A DNA stretch of 64,000 bases from assembly GCA_963758525.1 (NCBI GenBank), contig CAVWVQ010000003.1, positions 3,328,001 to 3,392,000 of the forward strand, read 5' to 3'. Source of the DNA: an uncultured Phycisphaerales bacterium (lineage in GTDB: Bacteria > Planctomycetota > Phycisphaerae > Tepidisphaerales > Tepidisphaeraceae). This document shows, piece after piece, positions 20,837-30,663 of the stretch; the stretch's first letter is position 1; each line of letters starts with the position of its first letter. Position numbers and translations under genes: made by a program. The notes beneath the pieces are model-generated. The model worked only from the letters and a program-made list of their open reading frames with translations, did not search any database and was not told the DNA's origin.

Positions 20837-21297
20837 TCACAGCGCGTTTTCCTGCTGCACGATTGCGTCGAAAAGCTGCTGCGGAGTGGTGGCTGCCGCG
20901 AGGGCGATGCGAAACTTATCGATGGTCATCAGCCGGCTGATGCGCGCAGCGCGTGAATGTGCGGACCAGTCTTGTCCGGCGGCGACGTGAGCAGCCAGAT
21001 CAGCGTGACGGGCCGGCCGTCAATCGACTGAAAATCAATGGGAGTGGTAGGCCGTCCGATCGCCATGGCAAGCTGCGAAGTGCCGTTGCACTTGCCGTGC
21101 GGAATGGCTAGGCCGTTCCCGATGCCAGTGGTCCGGGTGGCCTCGCGATCGAGAACCGAGTCGAGTACCGCCTTGGGGTCTTTCACATCGCCGTTGGCCG
21201 CCAGCAGATCCACCAACTCACCGATCGCCTCGGCCTTGGTCGTGGCCTGCAGCGACAGTTTGATGTTCTGGGGCTTGAGGATTTCACTCATTCGCAT
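20837..21297 (-). CDS. ptsN: PTS IIA Fru/Ntr-type protein (1-nt frameshift near 20945)
   Basis: RE..TTGIGNGLAIPHG, IDFQSIDGRPV; reading continues in another frame as RISRLMTIDKFR...QQENAL. Confidence 0.8.
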
Positions 21298-21422
21298 ACG
21301 TCAATCACTCCGGCTCGCGACAACGCTCGATTGGTTCAAATCGAAGGGAAAATCGTACCCGTCTGCGACAGATTTGCAAACCCCAGAGCAGTTGCGGTCC
21401 AGCTTGCTCAGCCGCGCCGCGG

Positions 21423-22634
21423 TCATGTTGCGATTCGGTCGCCCAAACGGCGCGTCTCGACCGATGCGGATGCTCGAAAAAAAACCGGGCTCTGCCGGTT
21501 TAGATACTCTCGAAGCTCATCAGGGGCCAGTCCCAGCGCGAACGTGGGTTCGAACTCGTCGGATAGCAGGGCGGCAGACGGCGCATTCGGCGCGCCGACG
21601 CGCATCGGCGACCGCACCACCCAGGCGCGGTCGGCCAGATGTTGCCGCAGAAAACTGGCGTGGATTGTCGGGCCGCCTTCGACAAGCAGGTGCGTCACCC
21701 CCAACTCGTGAGCGAGCCGATTCAGCACCTCGGGCAGAGCGACGCGGCCGCGTTCCTCGCCGGCGGTCTCGTGGACCTCAACTCCGCATGCTCGCAACGC
21801 CGCCGCGCGGTGCTCGCGGCTCGCATCGAATGCTGCATCAACGCAGAAAAGATGCGTGGAATGCTCGCGGGAGGTGCGTGCCAGCCGGGAAGCGGGGGAG
21901 AGCCTCGCGGTTGAATCCAAAACGACGCGCAGCAGAGTGCGATGCGGATCAACGCCGCGCGTGGTGAGCACCGGGTCATCGGTCACCGCGGTCCCGACAC
22001 CGATGAGAATTGCATCGAACTGCGCCCGCAGCAGATGCGCCGCTCGCCGCGCGCGCTCCCCGCTGATTTGCAAGCGCTGTCCACCAGGACCGGCAACTTT
22101 GCCGTCGGCCGACTGCGCCCACTTCAATGTCACGTATGGTCGCCGTAGTGTCTGGCCTGCGAAGAAGGCGGTATTGAGCTGTTTCGATTCCGCCTCGCGC
22201 ACCGGGATCGTGACCGCAATTCCAGCCGCCCGAAGTTGCGTCACACCCATCCCCAAAACCGCGGGATTCGGGTCGGCACAGCCCACCACAACCCGCCTAA
22301 TGCGCGCCGCGATCAATTGCGGAACGCATGGGGGCGTCTTTTTGTTCGTATGACAGCACGGCTCAAGATTGACATAGAGCGTCGCTCCCTCCGGCGACTC
22401 GTGGCAGTTCGCCAGCGCGGTCGGCTCGGCATGGGGTCCGCCAAAACGCTCGTGAAACCCCTGTCCGATCACCCGTCCGTTCTTCACGATGACGCAACCC
22501 ACCATCGGATTGGGCTCGACGGCGCCGCGGCCGCGCTCCGCCAGGTCAATCGCCTGATCGAGGTATCGCTCGTCTTCGGAAGGTGATGAGCACTGGGTAG
22601 ACATAACGACCGGCCCATACCGATCTTTCCCCAC
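21423..22634 (-). CDS. ribD: Riboflavin deaminase/reductase
   Basis: PNPMVGC, HAE, LEPCCH..KTPPC, KWAQSADG, VEGG; start may be ~22604. Confidence 0.96.
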   Translation of the reverse strand: MGKDRYGPVVMSTQCSSPSEDERYLDQAIDLAERGRGAVEPNPMVGCVIVKNGRVIGQGFHERFGGPHAEPTALANCHESPEGATLYVNLEPCCHTNKKTPPCVPQLIAARIRRVVVGCADPNPAVLGMGVTQLRAAGIAVTIPVREAESKQLNTAFFAGQTLRRPYVTLKWAQSADGKVAGPGGQRLQISGERARRAAHLLRAQFDAILIGVGTAVTDDPVLTTRGVDPHRTLLRVVLDSTARLSPASRLARTSREHSTHLFCVDAAFDASREHRAAALRACGVEVHETAGEERGRVALPEVLNRLAHELGVTHLLVEGGPTIHASFLRQHLADRAWVVRSPMRVGAPNAPSAALLSDEFEPTFALGLAPDELREYLNRQSPVFFRASASVETRRLGDRIAT

Positions 22635-22754
22635 GCTCCCTGAAAGCCAACGGATTGCATCCGTGGGTCGACGGCTCGACGAATTTCAAAAGGCCGTCAT
22701 CGCAGGGGTAAGATTGTAGCTATTCCTCGCCCGGCCGGCCGTCGTGAAAACGCC

Positions 22755-23366
22755 TCAGCGTTGCGCGCCGGCATTCTCCGCCGATTCGGCGGGTCTCGTC
22801 GGCTGATGAAAAAAGCTGTAGATGATCATGAATCCGACGCCAACGCACAGCAGCGAGTCGGCGACGTTGAAGACCCAGGGAAACGGCTCATGGCCCAGGA
22901 TCCGGCGATGCGGAAACACGTAGATCATGTCGCGAACGTATCCGAAGACGGCCCGGTCGTAGAGATTTCCCAGTACGCCCGCCAGCAGCAACCCCAGCAT
23001 GATCTGGTAGACCCACTGGTTGGCATTGCTGCTGCGGAACAAGTAAATGATAAATGCCACAGCGGCGATTGACACGACGACAAACAGCGCTCGCTGGCCC
23101 TGTCCGATGCCGAAGACGGCGCCGTGGTTTTCCACGGCCATGAAATCCAGCCAGCCGGAAATGAAGGGATATCCGGTCGGCCAATCCACCAGTTTTTGGA
23201 ATGCGAAAATCTTCGTGAACTGGTCGAGCGCCAGCCCAAGTGCCAGCGGGATCACAAGCCGGAGCACCGCGGCTATGGACTTGTGCGCTGTGGGGACAGA
23301 GGGCGGCATTACATGCGTCCGCGTCGTTCCAACTGCCTTGCCCATTCGATCGAAAACCGAGCCCAT
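22755..23366 (-). CDS. lspA: Lipoprotein signal peptidase II
   Basis: DQFTK, NHGAVFG, GNLYDR, VRD, FNVADS. Confidence 0.93.
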   Translation of the reverse strand: MGSVFDRMGKAVGTTRTHVMPPSVPTAHKSIAAVLRLVIPLALGLALDQFTKIFAFQKLVDWPTGYPFISGWLDFMAVENHGAVFGIGQGQRALFVVVSIAAVAFIIYLFRSSNANQWVYQIMLGLLLAGVLGNLYDRAVFGYVRDMIYVFPHRRILGHEPFPWVFNVADSLLCVGVGFMIIYSFFHQPTRPAESAENAGAQR

Positions 23367-24169
23367 GGCGCCGCTTCCAGACGAGGCCTGCCGATCGGCT
23401 TGCCGGTCCCTTCGCAGATACCGTAGGTGCCGTTCATGATCTTGGCGAGCGCGGAGTTGATTTCCTTCAGGAAATTGCGGTCCTTTTCGACCAACCCGAG
23501 CGTGAACTCCTGCTCGTAGTTGTCCGTGCCCATGTCAGCCATATGAATTGGCAGGGTCGAGAGGTTGGTTCCACCGCTGGTGCGCAGCGCTTCCCGCTCC
23601 ATCGCGCTCATGTCGCCGACGAGTTCGCGGCGTTTGGCAAAGAGCAGGTCCCGAAAATGCTCGAGGTCCTTGGTGCTAAAACCCACCTGGTTCTTGCGAG
23701 GCTTCCCGTCGGTCGGAACCGCATCGGGAATCCGAACGGGCATCGGGGCGGGTTCGGCCGGACGACGAACTTTTGCTTCGGGAGTCGGCCGAGGCGCCGC
23801 AACCACAGGGCGCGCGAGTGGCGCGGCAGGGCGTGCCGCCGCAGCAACTGGGCGCGACGCCGGAGTTGCGGGGCGTGCCGTCGGAGCGGAACGAACGGCG
23901 GGCGCTGATCGAGCCGCCGGGCCCGAACGCCCCTTGGAATTGGAAGCCTGGCGCGCCGCCGGAGTTGGGCGCGAGGCAGCAGCCGGGCGCGGCGCGGGAG
24001 TCTTCGGACGGGCCGGAACCGCCGTCTTGCGTGGAAGTGGCTTGCCCTTCGCGGCAGGCCGCGCCCCCGCGCGTCGCGGCGAGCGCGCCTTAGCCGGCGC
24101 CTTCTTCTTCGAGCTGACCTTGCCGTTTTTTCCAGACGTGGAGGGTTTCTTTAAGGATGCTTTTGCCAC
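23309..24169 (-). CDS. dksA: TraR/DksA family regulator with long basic N-terminal tail
   Basis: HMADMGTD, ALAKI..GTYGICE.TGKPI...RL.A.PWAR; K/A/P/R-rich N-terminus. Confidence 0.85.
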   Translation of the reverse strand: MAKASLKKPSTSGKNGKVSSKKKAPAKARSPRRAGARPAAKGKPLPRKTAVPARPKTPAPRPAAASRPTPAARQASNSKGRSGPAARSAPAVRSAPTARPATPASRPVAAAARPAAPLARPVVAAPRPTPEAKVRRPAEPAPMPVRIPDAVPTDGKPRKNQVGFSTKDLEHFRDLLFAKRRELVGDMSAMEREALRTSGGTNLSTLPIHMADMGTDNYEQEFTLGLVEKDRNFLKEINSALAKIMNGTYGICEGTGKPIGRPRLEAAPWARFSIEWARQLERRGRM

Positions 24170-24394
24170 AATAGCCCCTCGCTCCTTTCAGCAAAATTCA
24201 TTGCCGGAAGTTGTCCCGGACCAGCCGCCGCCGCCTGGCGACCGAAAAGAGGGCGAATGTTAATGCAGACCAGCACTTACCGTCAAGAGCCGTTCGTTTG
24301 ACAGCCGACCCCTGCGGCATACATTTGTCACCTCGCCGCCAACCGTCGAACCGGTCGCGGGCGAGGTGTTGGGGGCGACGAGGCGGATCAGGAC

Positions 24395-26429
24395 ATGCGA
24401 ATCAGCCTGGAGTGGCTTGCGGAATATCTGCCGGGATCTCTCGATCCCCAGCAGGCGGCGGACGCGCTCACGAACGGCGGTCTGCCTGTCGAAACCATCG
24501 AATCCCGTGGGGATGACATGGTTCTGGATGTCGAAGTCACCAGCAACCGAGCCGACTGCCTTTCTTATGTCGGCATCGCGCGAGAGTTATCGGCCCTGCT
24601 GAATCGCCCGGTCCGTTTGGTCGAATCGACCCCCGCCGAGTCTTCCGCTGCTGCGAAGGATTCCGTGTCGGTCGCGATCGAAGCAACTGACCTGTGCCCG
24701 CATTACGTCGCCCGCGTCATTCACAACGTCAACATCGCCGACAGTCCCGGCTGGCTGACGCGCCGGCTCGAAATGATGGGATCGGACAAAAAGCCGGTTC
24801 GGGGCATCAACAATGTCGTCGACGTCACGAATTACGTGATGTATGAAACCGGCCAGCCGTTGCACGCGTTCGACCTCGACCGACTCGATGGAGGGCGAAT
24901 CATCGTTCGCCGCGCCAAGCCCGGCGAAAAGCTGGTCACGATCGACGGCAAGGAACGCCTGCTGACGCCGGAGATGCTGGTCATCGCCGATGCAAGCAAG
25001 CCGGTCGCGCTGGCCGGCGTCATGGGCGGCCGCGATACGGAGGTCACCGCCGGCACGAAAAACATCCTCCTTGAATCCGCGCGGTTTGATCCATTATCCA
25101 TTCGCCGGACCGCCCGTGCGCTGGCAATGGGGAGCGACAGCTCCTATCGCTTCGAGCGCGGCATCGAGCCGGCGCTGCCCGAACGCGCGAGCCTTCGGGC
25201 GGCCGCGCTGTTCCTGCAAACCGCCGGCGGCGAGCTGCTCCGCGGTTCGGTCGATGCCGGCAGGATGATTGCGCAGCCGCGCAGTCTGTCGCTGCGCCTC
25301 GATCAGTTGAAGCGCCTGCTGGGCGTGGAATTTCCCATCGATCGGGTGATGGATGCGTTGACGCGCGTCCGGCTCAGCCCGGTCTTGCGCGGCCGTCAGA
25401 TTGATGTAAGCATTCCGAGCGACCGTCTGGATCTGAATATCGAGGTCGACCTGATCGAGGAGGTCGCCCGCGTAATCGGCTACGACCACGTTCCGGTGCG
25501 CGAGGAAATCTCCATTCGCCTGACCCCGCCCGATCCCGCGGCGCAGCCGCTTGCCGCCGTCTTCTCCGCTCTCTCTGCCGGCGGATATTTCGAAGCCGTC
25601 ACCTTCAGCTTCGTCAGCGATCTGCTGGCCGGCGACTTCGCCCCGAAAACCGGCGCGCATCCGACAGATCCGCTTCCGCGCCGACTCCAGCGTACGCAAG
25701 GCGGACGCTTTTTTGCGTCCGAGCCTGCTGCCGGGGCTGCTCGAAGCCGCGCGGCGCAATCAGGCCAACGGCCTGGATAACCCGCAGCTTTACGAGCTCG
25801 GCTCGGTCTTCTGGAACGCGCCCGATGGATCGGTGCAGGAACGGCGGCGCCTGGGGATCGTGGGAACCCCCGATCTGCGGGAAGTGCGCGGCGTCGTCGA
25901 GGCAATCCTCCGGAAGCTGGACGCCAGCCGATCCGTCAGCGTGATCCCCGACGCCCCCGCCGGTTACGCTTCCGCGGCCGCTGGAAGGATCGAGTGGGGC
26001 GGCAGTCCCATCGGTTTCATTGGCAACATCGATCGCCGAATCGGCGAGAAACTCTCGCTCCGGGAAGCTCCCGCAGCGGCCGAGCTGGATCTAACCGCTC
26101 TGCTGGCTGGCGCCGTTCGCGTCCCGCAATTGCGCGAGCCGCCGCGATTTCCCTCCGTTCGGCGGGATCTGTCGCTGGATCTCCCCGAGGCAACTCTCTA
26201 CGAGCAAATCGCGACGATGATCCGCTCCATCGATCCGCAATGGCTGGAAGCCGTCGAATACGTAACGACCTACCGCGGTAAGCAATTGGACGCATCGCGG
26301 AAAAGTGTGACGATCACGCTGGTTTTCCGTTCGCCGAACGAAACGCTCACCAGCGAGCAGGTTGAAGCGTCGGTGCAGCGCGTGATCGGGGCGGCGAAGA
26401 ACCAACTCGCCGCGCAGGTGAGAAGTTAA
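24395..26429 (+). CDS. pheT: Phenylalanine-tRNA ligase beta subunit (frameshift near 25680)
   Basis: NRADCLS, INNVVDVTNYV, QPLHAFD, SSYRFERG, DLIEEVAR in ORF 24395..25780; LRPSLLPGLL and FPSVRRDLS FDX-ACB domain in ORF 25551..26429. Confidence 0.95.
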
Positions 26430-26448
26430 TGATCTGCACTCGGCACGA

Positions 26449-27127
26449 TCATCGCGCGTCGCTGTTGCTACTCGCTTGCGCCTTCGCCTTCTTGTGAAAC
26501 GGGAAGTTGTCATAAGGAACGACAAAATCCAATTGCTGCGGCGGAAGCTTTTCCTTGAGGGGATTCTGCTCGACGTAATCAATGCGATCCCAGACTTCGT
26601 TCGTCTCGTACAGAAACACCTTGTACGGACGGGACGATATCACCGGGTGCCGCGGGGCAATCTCGCTGGGGAGGCGAAGGCGCAAGCGACTTCGGATGGC
26701 TTCCGCGAAATGGGTCCATATCGTCAGCGCATCGTGCTTGTGCGTTCGGATCAGCAGGTGAATGTGATTCCCGCAGATCGCGCATGCGTAGCACGTGTTA
26801 ACCGTTCGCTTTGATCACGTCGTTGATCGCTCCTGCGATGATTGTGCGTTTCGCATCGTCGATCCAGAAAACCGGAAAATTCAGCAACTCCTCATGCTGT
26901 GCGTGAAATTCCTTTAACTCCCTGCGCGATGGTTGTTCGTCCCGCGGTTTGCGCCCATGAAGAATTGGTCCAAGCGGCGCAAACTTCAAATCCAGGAAAT
27001 CGCTCGATCCCGATCCGCGCGGATCGTTCACCGCCCAGTGACCGTACAGCGTCAGCACCAGATGCGCCGCGATGACCCTTCGGGGACCCGCTTGCCTTTT
27101 CGCTTGCGCCTTCGCCTCGCTTCTCAT
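26449..27127 (-). mobile_element. RAYT/IS200-like Y1 (HUH) transposase (frameshift near 26798)
   Basis: HLVLTLYGHW..NDPRGS N-terminus, NHIHLL HUH motif, YVEQNP catalytic Tyr. Confidence 0.8.
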
Positions 27128-27206
27128 GGAACCTCCACGATCCTCAAACGCTCAGTCCCACGATCGTACACATCTCCCGTCACGTTCCAATTACCCATCA
27201 CCAGCG

Positions 27207-27947
27207 TCACATCCTCACAAACCGCGATTTGATCTGCTGCCGGCCGTATTTCCGAGTGATGTCAACCGTCCCCTCATGCTGCACGGCCCCGTGCGTGGCG
27301 AGCCAGGTTTGACCTCGCTCGAAAAACTCATCGAACGCCGCCGGCGACATTTCTTTGGCGAAATACGTGTCGCGCCGTACGGGTATCACGCGACACAGCG
27401 GCGCCCCTTTTTTGATCTCGACGCGCCTGGCGGATTCGTCGAGTTCGATGACTGTGTGCCAGGGGTAGCTGGCCGGGTACCAGTCGGTATCCACCAGCGC
27501 CGTCATGGCCCGCCATGGGCGCGGAAGATTGGGCACGTCGGTCATGTAAAGCAGCTCATTGGGATCGGTCCGCAAAAAAAGGAAGCTGCTGATCTTCACC
27601 TGATTGCGGATTTGCTCGTACACGTTGTCAGAAATGACGTGCGGCAGCTTCTGTCCTTTCTCCCAAAACCACGCGTATTGCTGCCGAAGCGGAATGCCCG
27701 CCGACGACTCGCTGCCGGCGTAGCTGAAATCGCTCTCGATCACGACATCCGGATCGATCTTCCACCCGGCTCGCGATCGCACGAACGTGACGTCAAAATT
27801 CGCCAGCAGATCGAATCCGAACGCGTTGGCCGCACGGATCGGGGGGCACTCCTCGGGCCAACCTTTTCCCGGCCCTCGCTTCAGATACACTTCCTTGCCC
27901 GGCTCCGGCGCCAACAGATCCTGGCGGAATTTGAAATAGTTGAGCAT
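27207..27947 (-). CDS. Hypothetical protein, DUF6065-like (dUTPase-like beta-clip)
   Basis: CPPIRAANAFGFDL, VDTDWYP, IKKGAPLCRVIPV motifs. Confidence 0.65.
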   Translation of the reverse strand: MLNYFKFRQDLLAPEPGKEVYLKRGPGKGWPEECPPIRAANAFGFDLLANFDVTFVRSRAGWKIDPDVVIESDFSYAGSESSAGIPLRQQYAWFWEKGQKLPHVISDNVYEQIRNQVKISSFLFLRTDPNELLYMTDVPNLPRPWRAMTALVDTDWYPASYPWHTVIELDESARRVEIKKGAPLCRVIPVRRDTYFAKEMSPAAFDEFFERGQTWLATHGAVQHEGTVDITRKYGRQQIKSRFVRM

Positions 27948-27969
27948 GTGTGGGGGAAATGTAATCGCG

Positions 27970-28216
27970 GAGGAGCCAGAAGCCAGAAGTAAGGAGCCAG
28001 AAGCAAAATCAGTCGCCAGATCCCCGTCTTGATTCTGGCTTCTTACTCCTGGCTTCGGGTGTAACTTTTATTTGTGGCGATTGCAGATTTTGCGATCGTA
28101 GGGCGGGATTCATCCCGCCGTTTTCTCAGCCGGCCAACAAATCGGCGGGATGAATCCCGCCCTACTCGGAGCCGATCGCCACTTTCGAGCGCCACACCCC
28201 CTGGCTTCTGGCTTCA
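27970..28216. repeat. GAAGCCA/GGAGCCA heptamer repeats as an inverted pair, interrupted by a MITE
   Basis: ggagccagaagccagaagtaaggagccagaag then inverse ttctggcttcttactcctggcttc|MITE|cctggcttctggcttc. Confidence 0.7.
28057..28199 (+). mobile_element. 143-bp MITE carrying a GTAG REPIN, copy 1
   Basis: Ends GGGTGT-N11-GTGGCGAT; 9-bp TSD CCTGGCTTC (28048-28056, 28200-28208); same sequence as 53695-53837. Confidence 0.9.
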
Positions 28217-28227
28217 CCCGTTCCCCC

Positions 28228-29754
28228 TGTCAAGCGCCGATAGAAATGTCCGGTGTTTCCGGCCGATAGAAATGTCCGGTTCACGCCGTGGCGGATCTGC
28301 GCCAGGGATGGGTTGACGCTGGACGCCACGATTGTTTTGAGCTACCACAACTGCCGCCGGCGGAAGGACAGGGCTCCGCAGGAGTGCGACCCGAGCGCCC
28401 GCCGGTCTGATGTACCGTGATCGACCCGGTCGAGCCTTCGGCCGGGTCGTTTGCTTTCATCACGGGGATCAGCCCATGCGGCAAACTCCGGGGGGTCGGG
28501 GGCAGAGCCCCCAATTCATCCGCTTCCTTCTTTTTTCCCGACGCCGCGAGCGCCGGCTCCCATGCCAGATATCTGCCTTTGAAACGAATCCTCATCGACC
28601 CGTCCGCTCGATTCTCGACAATCACCTTCCCGCCGCGCTGGCCGGGCAACGCCGGCGGCAGCAACTGATACACCTGGTTCTCAAAGCGGATTGTGTAATC
28701 GTTCATCACCACACGCTCATGCTGAATCGATAGAACCGCATCCAGGTCCAGCTTGTCGATCGGGCGATGCGCGTCGTTGCCGCCGGGCTTGTTGGTGCAG
28801 CGACGGTTGAACCAACCGCTGAACTTCTCGTCCAACACCCCGTTGGCCCCCTCCAGCGTACGGGTTTGGGCCAGCCGCAGTTCCTTGACCAATCGATCCT
28901 GGCATGTGCTCCACAATCGCTCGACACGCCCCTTCGCCTGCGGGGAATTGGCCAGAATCAACTCCATTCCCAATTCGTCAATCGCCCGGGAAAACTGCGT
29001 CGAAACGCTCTGCTTCTCGTCGTAACCAGCCACCGATTCCTCCGCCCGGAAAATGCCGTGGCGATCGCTGTACCAACTCACCGGACGACCAAACTTCCTG
29101 ATCCAACGCCCCAGCACGTCCATGTACGCCTCGGTCGTCTCCGACTCATGAAACCTCAGCACCACCCGGTCCGTCGCATCATCGATCATCCCCACCAACG
29201 CCAGCATCGGACCCCGACCCTCCAGCCAGTCATGCGTGCTGGCGTCCGCCTGCACCATCTCCCCGAAACACATTCGCCGCGCACGACGCTGGCGATGCTT
29301 GTCCCGGCGCCGCTGACGCTGCCACAATCCCTCTGACAGCATCCACTCCCGCAGCGTCCGAGTCGCCACAACCACCTTGTCATCTTCCGCCAGCTTCTCC
29401 GAGGCCAGCGTCGGACCGAATCCCAAATACTTGCGGCGATACAACGACAACGCCTGCTTCCGAACCGCCTCGCCGAACCGGCGGTTGGACGGCTTGCCGC
29501 GCAACCCATGCACAATCGCGCCGTCGCCACCAGCCACCAGCCGTCGCCGGATTCGATTCACCTGACGCACAGACAGCTTCAACAGCCGCGCCGCTTCCAC
29601 CTGCGTCCGATCTCCTTTCAATACCAGCGACATCACCTTCAGAACGTCCCGCTCACGCTGAGTCATCTCGATCCGGTCTTTCTCCATCCACTCTCTTCGT
29701 CCAACCGGACATTTCTATTTGCCGAAGACCGGACATTACTATCGGCCGACGACA
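28228..29754 (-). mobile_element. IS1202-family (ISNCY) insertion sequence, 1527 bp
   Basis: TGT...ACA ends, 27-bp imperfect TIR with repeated ATAGAAATGTCCGGT sites, 18-bp TSD GGCTTCACCCGTTCCCCC (28210-28227, 29755-29772). Confidence 0.92.
28281..29687 (-). CDS. DDE transposase, IS1202 family
   Basis: N-terminal HTH, GPTLASEKL, GEMVQADAS.HDW, DDAT, YSDRHGIF, SPQAKGRVER. Confidence 0.93.
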   Translation of the reverse strand: MEKDRIEMTQRERDVLKVMSLVLKGDRTQVEAARLLKLSVRQVNRIRRRLVAGGDGAIVHGLRGKPSNRRFGEAVRKQALSLYRRKYLGFGPTLASEKLAEDDKVVVATRTLREWMLSEGLWQRQRRRDKHRQRRARRMCFGEMVQADASTHDWLEGRGPMLALVGMIDDATDRVVLRFHESETTEAYMDVLGRWIRKFGRPVSWYSDRHGIFRAEESVAGYDEKQSVSTQFSRAIDELGMELILANSPQAKGRVERLWSTCQDRLVKELRLAQTRTLEGANGVLDEKFSGWFNRRCTNKPGGNDAHRPIDKLDLDAVLSIQHERVVMNDYTIRFENQVYQLLPPALPGQRGGKVIVENRADGSMRIRFKGRYLAWEPALAASGKKKEADELGALPPTPRSLPHGLIPVMKANDPAEGSTGSITVHQTGGRSGRTPAEPCPSAGGSCGSSKQSWRPASTHPWRRSATA

Positions 29755-29831
29755 GGCTTCACCCGTTCCCCCTTGCCTTCCAAACGTCCATCTGCATAGT
29801 GTTCCCCTTCTTCCTGAGGCGGAAGTTGACC

Positions 29832-29904
29832 GGCCCCGTCGTCTAGAGGCCTAGGACACGGCCCTTTCAAGGCCGCGACACGGGTTCGAATCCCGTCGGG
29901 GTCA
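29832..29904 (+). tRNA. tRNA-Glu(TTC)
   Basis: Acceptor GGCCCCG/CGGGGTC, D-arm GTCTAGAGGCCTAGGAC, anticodon loop CTTTCAA, T-loop TTCGAAT; CCA not encoded. Confidence 0.97.
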
Positions 29905-29951
29905 ATTATCGTCACGTCGCATGCTATCGGTTCGGCCCCGGATGGGGTAAA

Positions 29952-30623
29952 ATGGGACGTTCAATGAGTAAACAGCCACGTTCACAATCGCTGGTAGCGG
30001 CTCGAGCCGCACTGCAACCCCTTCTCGATTACGATGCTTTCCTGGAAAAGCTCAGCCCCAAAGACCGGCTGAACGTTACCCGGCATGTGGAGGCATGCGA
30101 TGCCAACGGCGATCCGCGGCACGCCCAGCTCTGGAAACGCCTGGCCTGCGCGATGATGACCCTCGCGCCGCATTTTGCCAAAACTGACGGGCAGCAGCGC
30201 ATCCGCTTTTTCGTTCCCGACGGGCAGTACCGCATGCAGGTCTTCGCGATGGAAGACCTGCGTGACGGCGTGCTGAGCGTCTATTGCGGCGATGCGCTCG
30301 ACGAAGCGATTGCCGCCGGCCTCGTCGCGCCGCATAAGCCGACCGGCGACGTGGAACCGGGTCAGCCGCTCGACTATCTGCTTCCCGAATCGCACGAGAG
30401 CCTGGCGATCCTGCGCCTCAGCAACGACACGCACGTTCCCGCCATGTTTTACAAGGACATGATGGGATGGAACCGCAAGGCTCTGTGCATCCGCATCCCG
30501 GCAGGGGCCTCGGCGTCGCAAGCCGGCGCCGTCGAACTGCTGGCGGCGCTGTCGTTGGTCCGCGCCGGGAAACCGGCGGCCGCCGCGGCGGCAGCGCCCG
30601 CGCCAAAGGGACGGCGCGGGTAA
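29952..30623 (+). CDS. Hypothetical protein
   Basis: 223-aa ORF with GC3-rich codon use; RFFVPDGQYRMQVFAMED and MMGWNRKA; start may be 29964. Confidence 0.75.
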   Translation: MGRSMSKQPRSQSLVAARAALQPLLDYDAFLEKLSPKDRLNVTRHVEACDANGDPRHAQLWKRLACAMMTLAPHFAKTDGQQRIRFFVPDGQYRMQVFAMEDLRDGVLSVYCGDALDEAIAAGLVAPHKPTGDVEPGQPLDYLLPESHESLAILRLSNDTHVPAMFYKDMMGWNRKALCIRIPAGASASQAGAVELLAALSLVRAGKPAAAAAAAPAPKGRRG

Positions 30624-30663
30624 TTTCCGGCCTGCGACTTGCGCGTCGTTCCATCATCTGCTT

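Noticed and set aside
24395..26429. pheT, hflX and other broken genes as true pseudogenes or programmed frameshifts
   Set aside because: Both halves are otherwise intact, pheT is essential and no slippery heptamer is shared; sequencing indels are more parsimonious
28053..28316. Recurring small ORF MAIADFAIVGRDSSR (28074, 50951, 53657)
   Set aside because: Translation of the MITE, not a gene family
29832..29904. tRNA-anchored genomic island or prophage
   Set aside because: No integrase, phage genes or duplicated tRNA 3' end in the window
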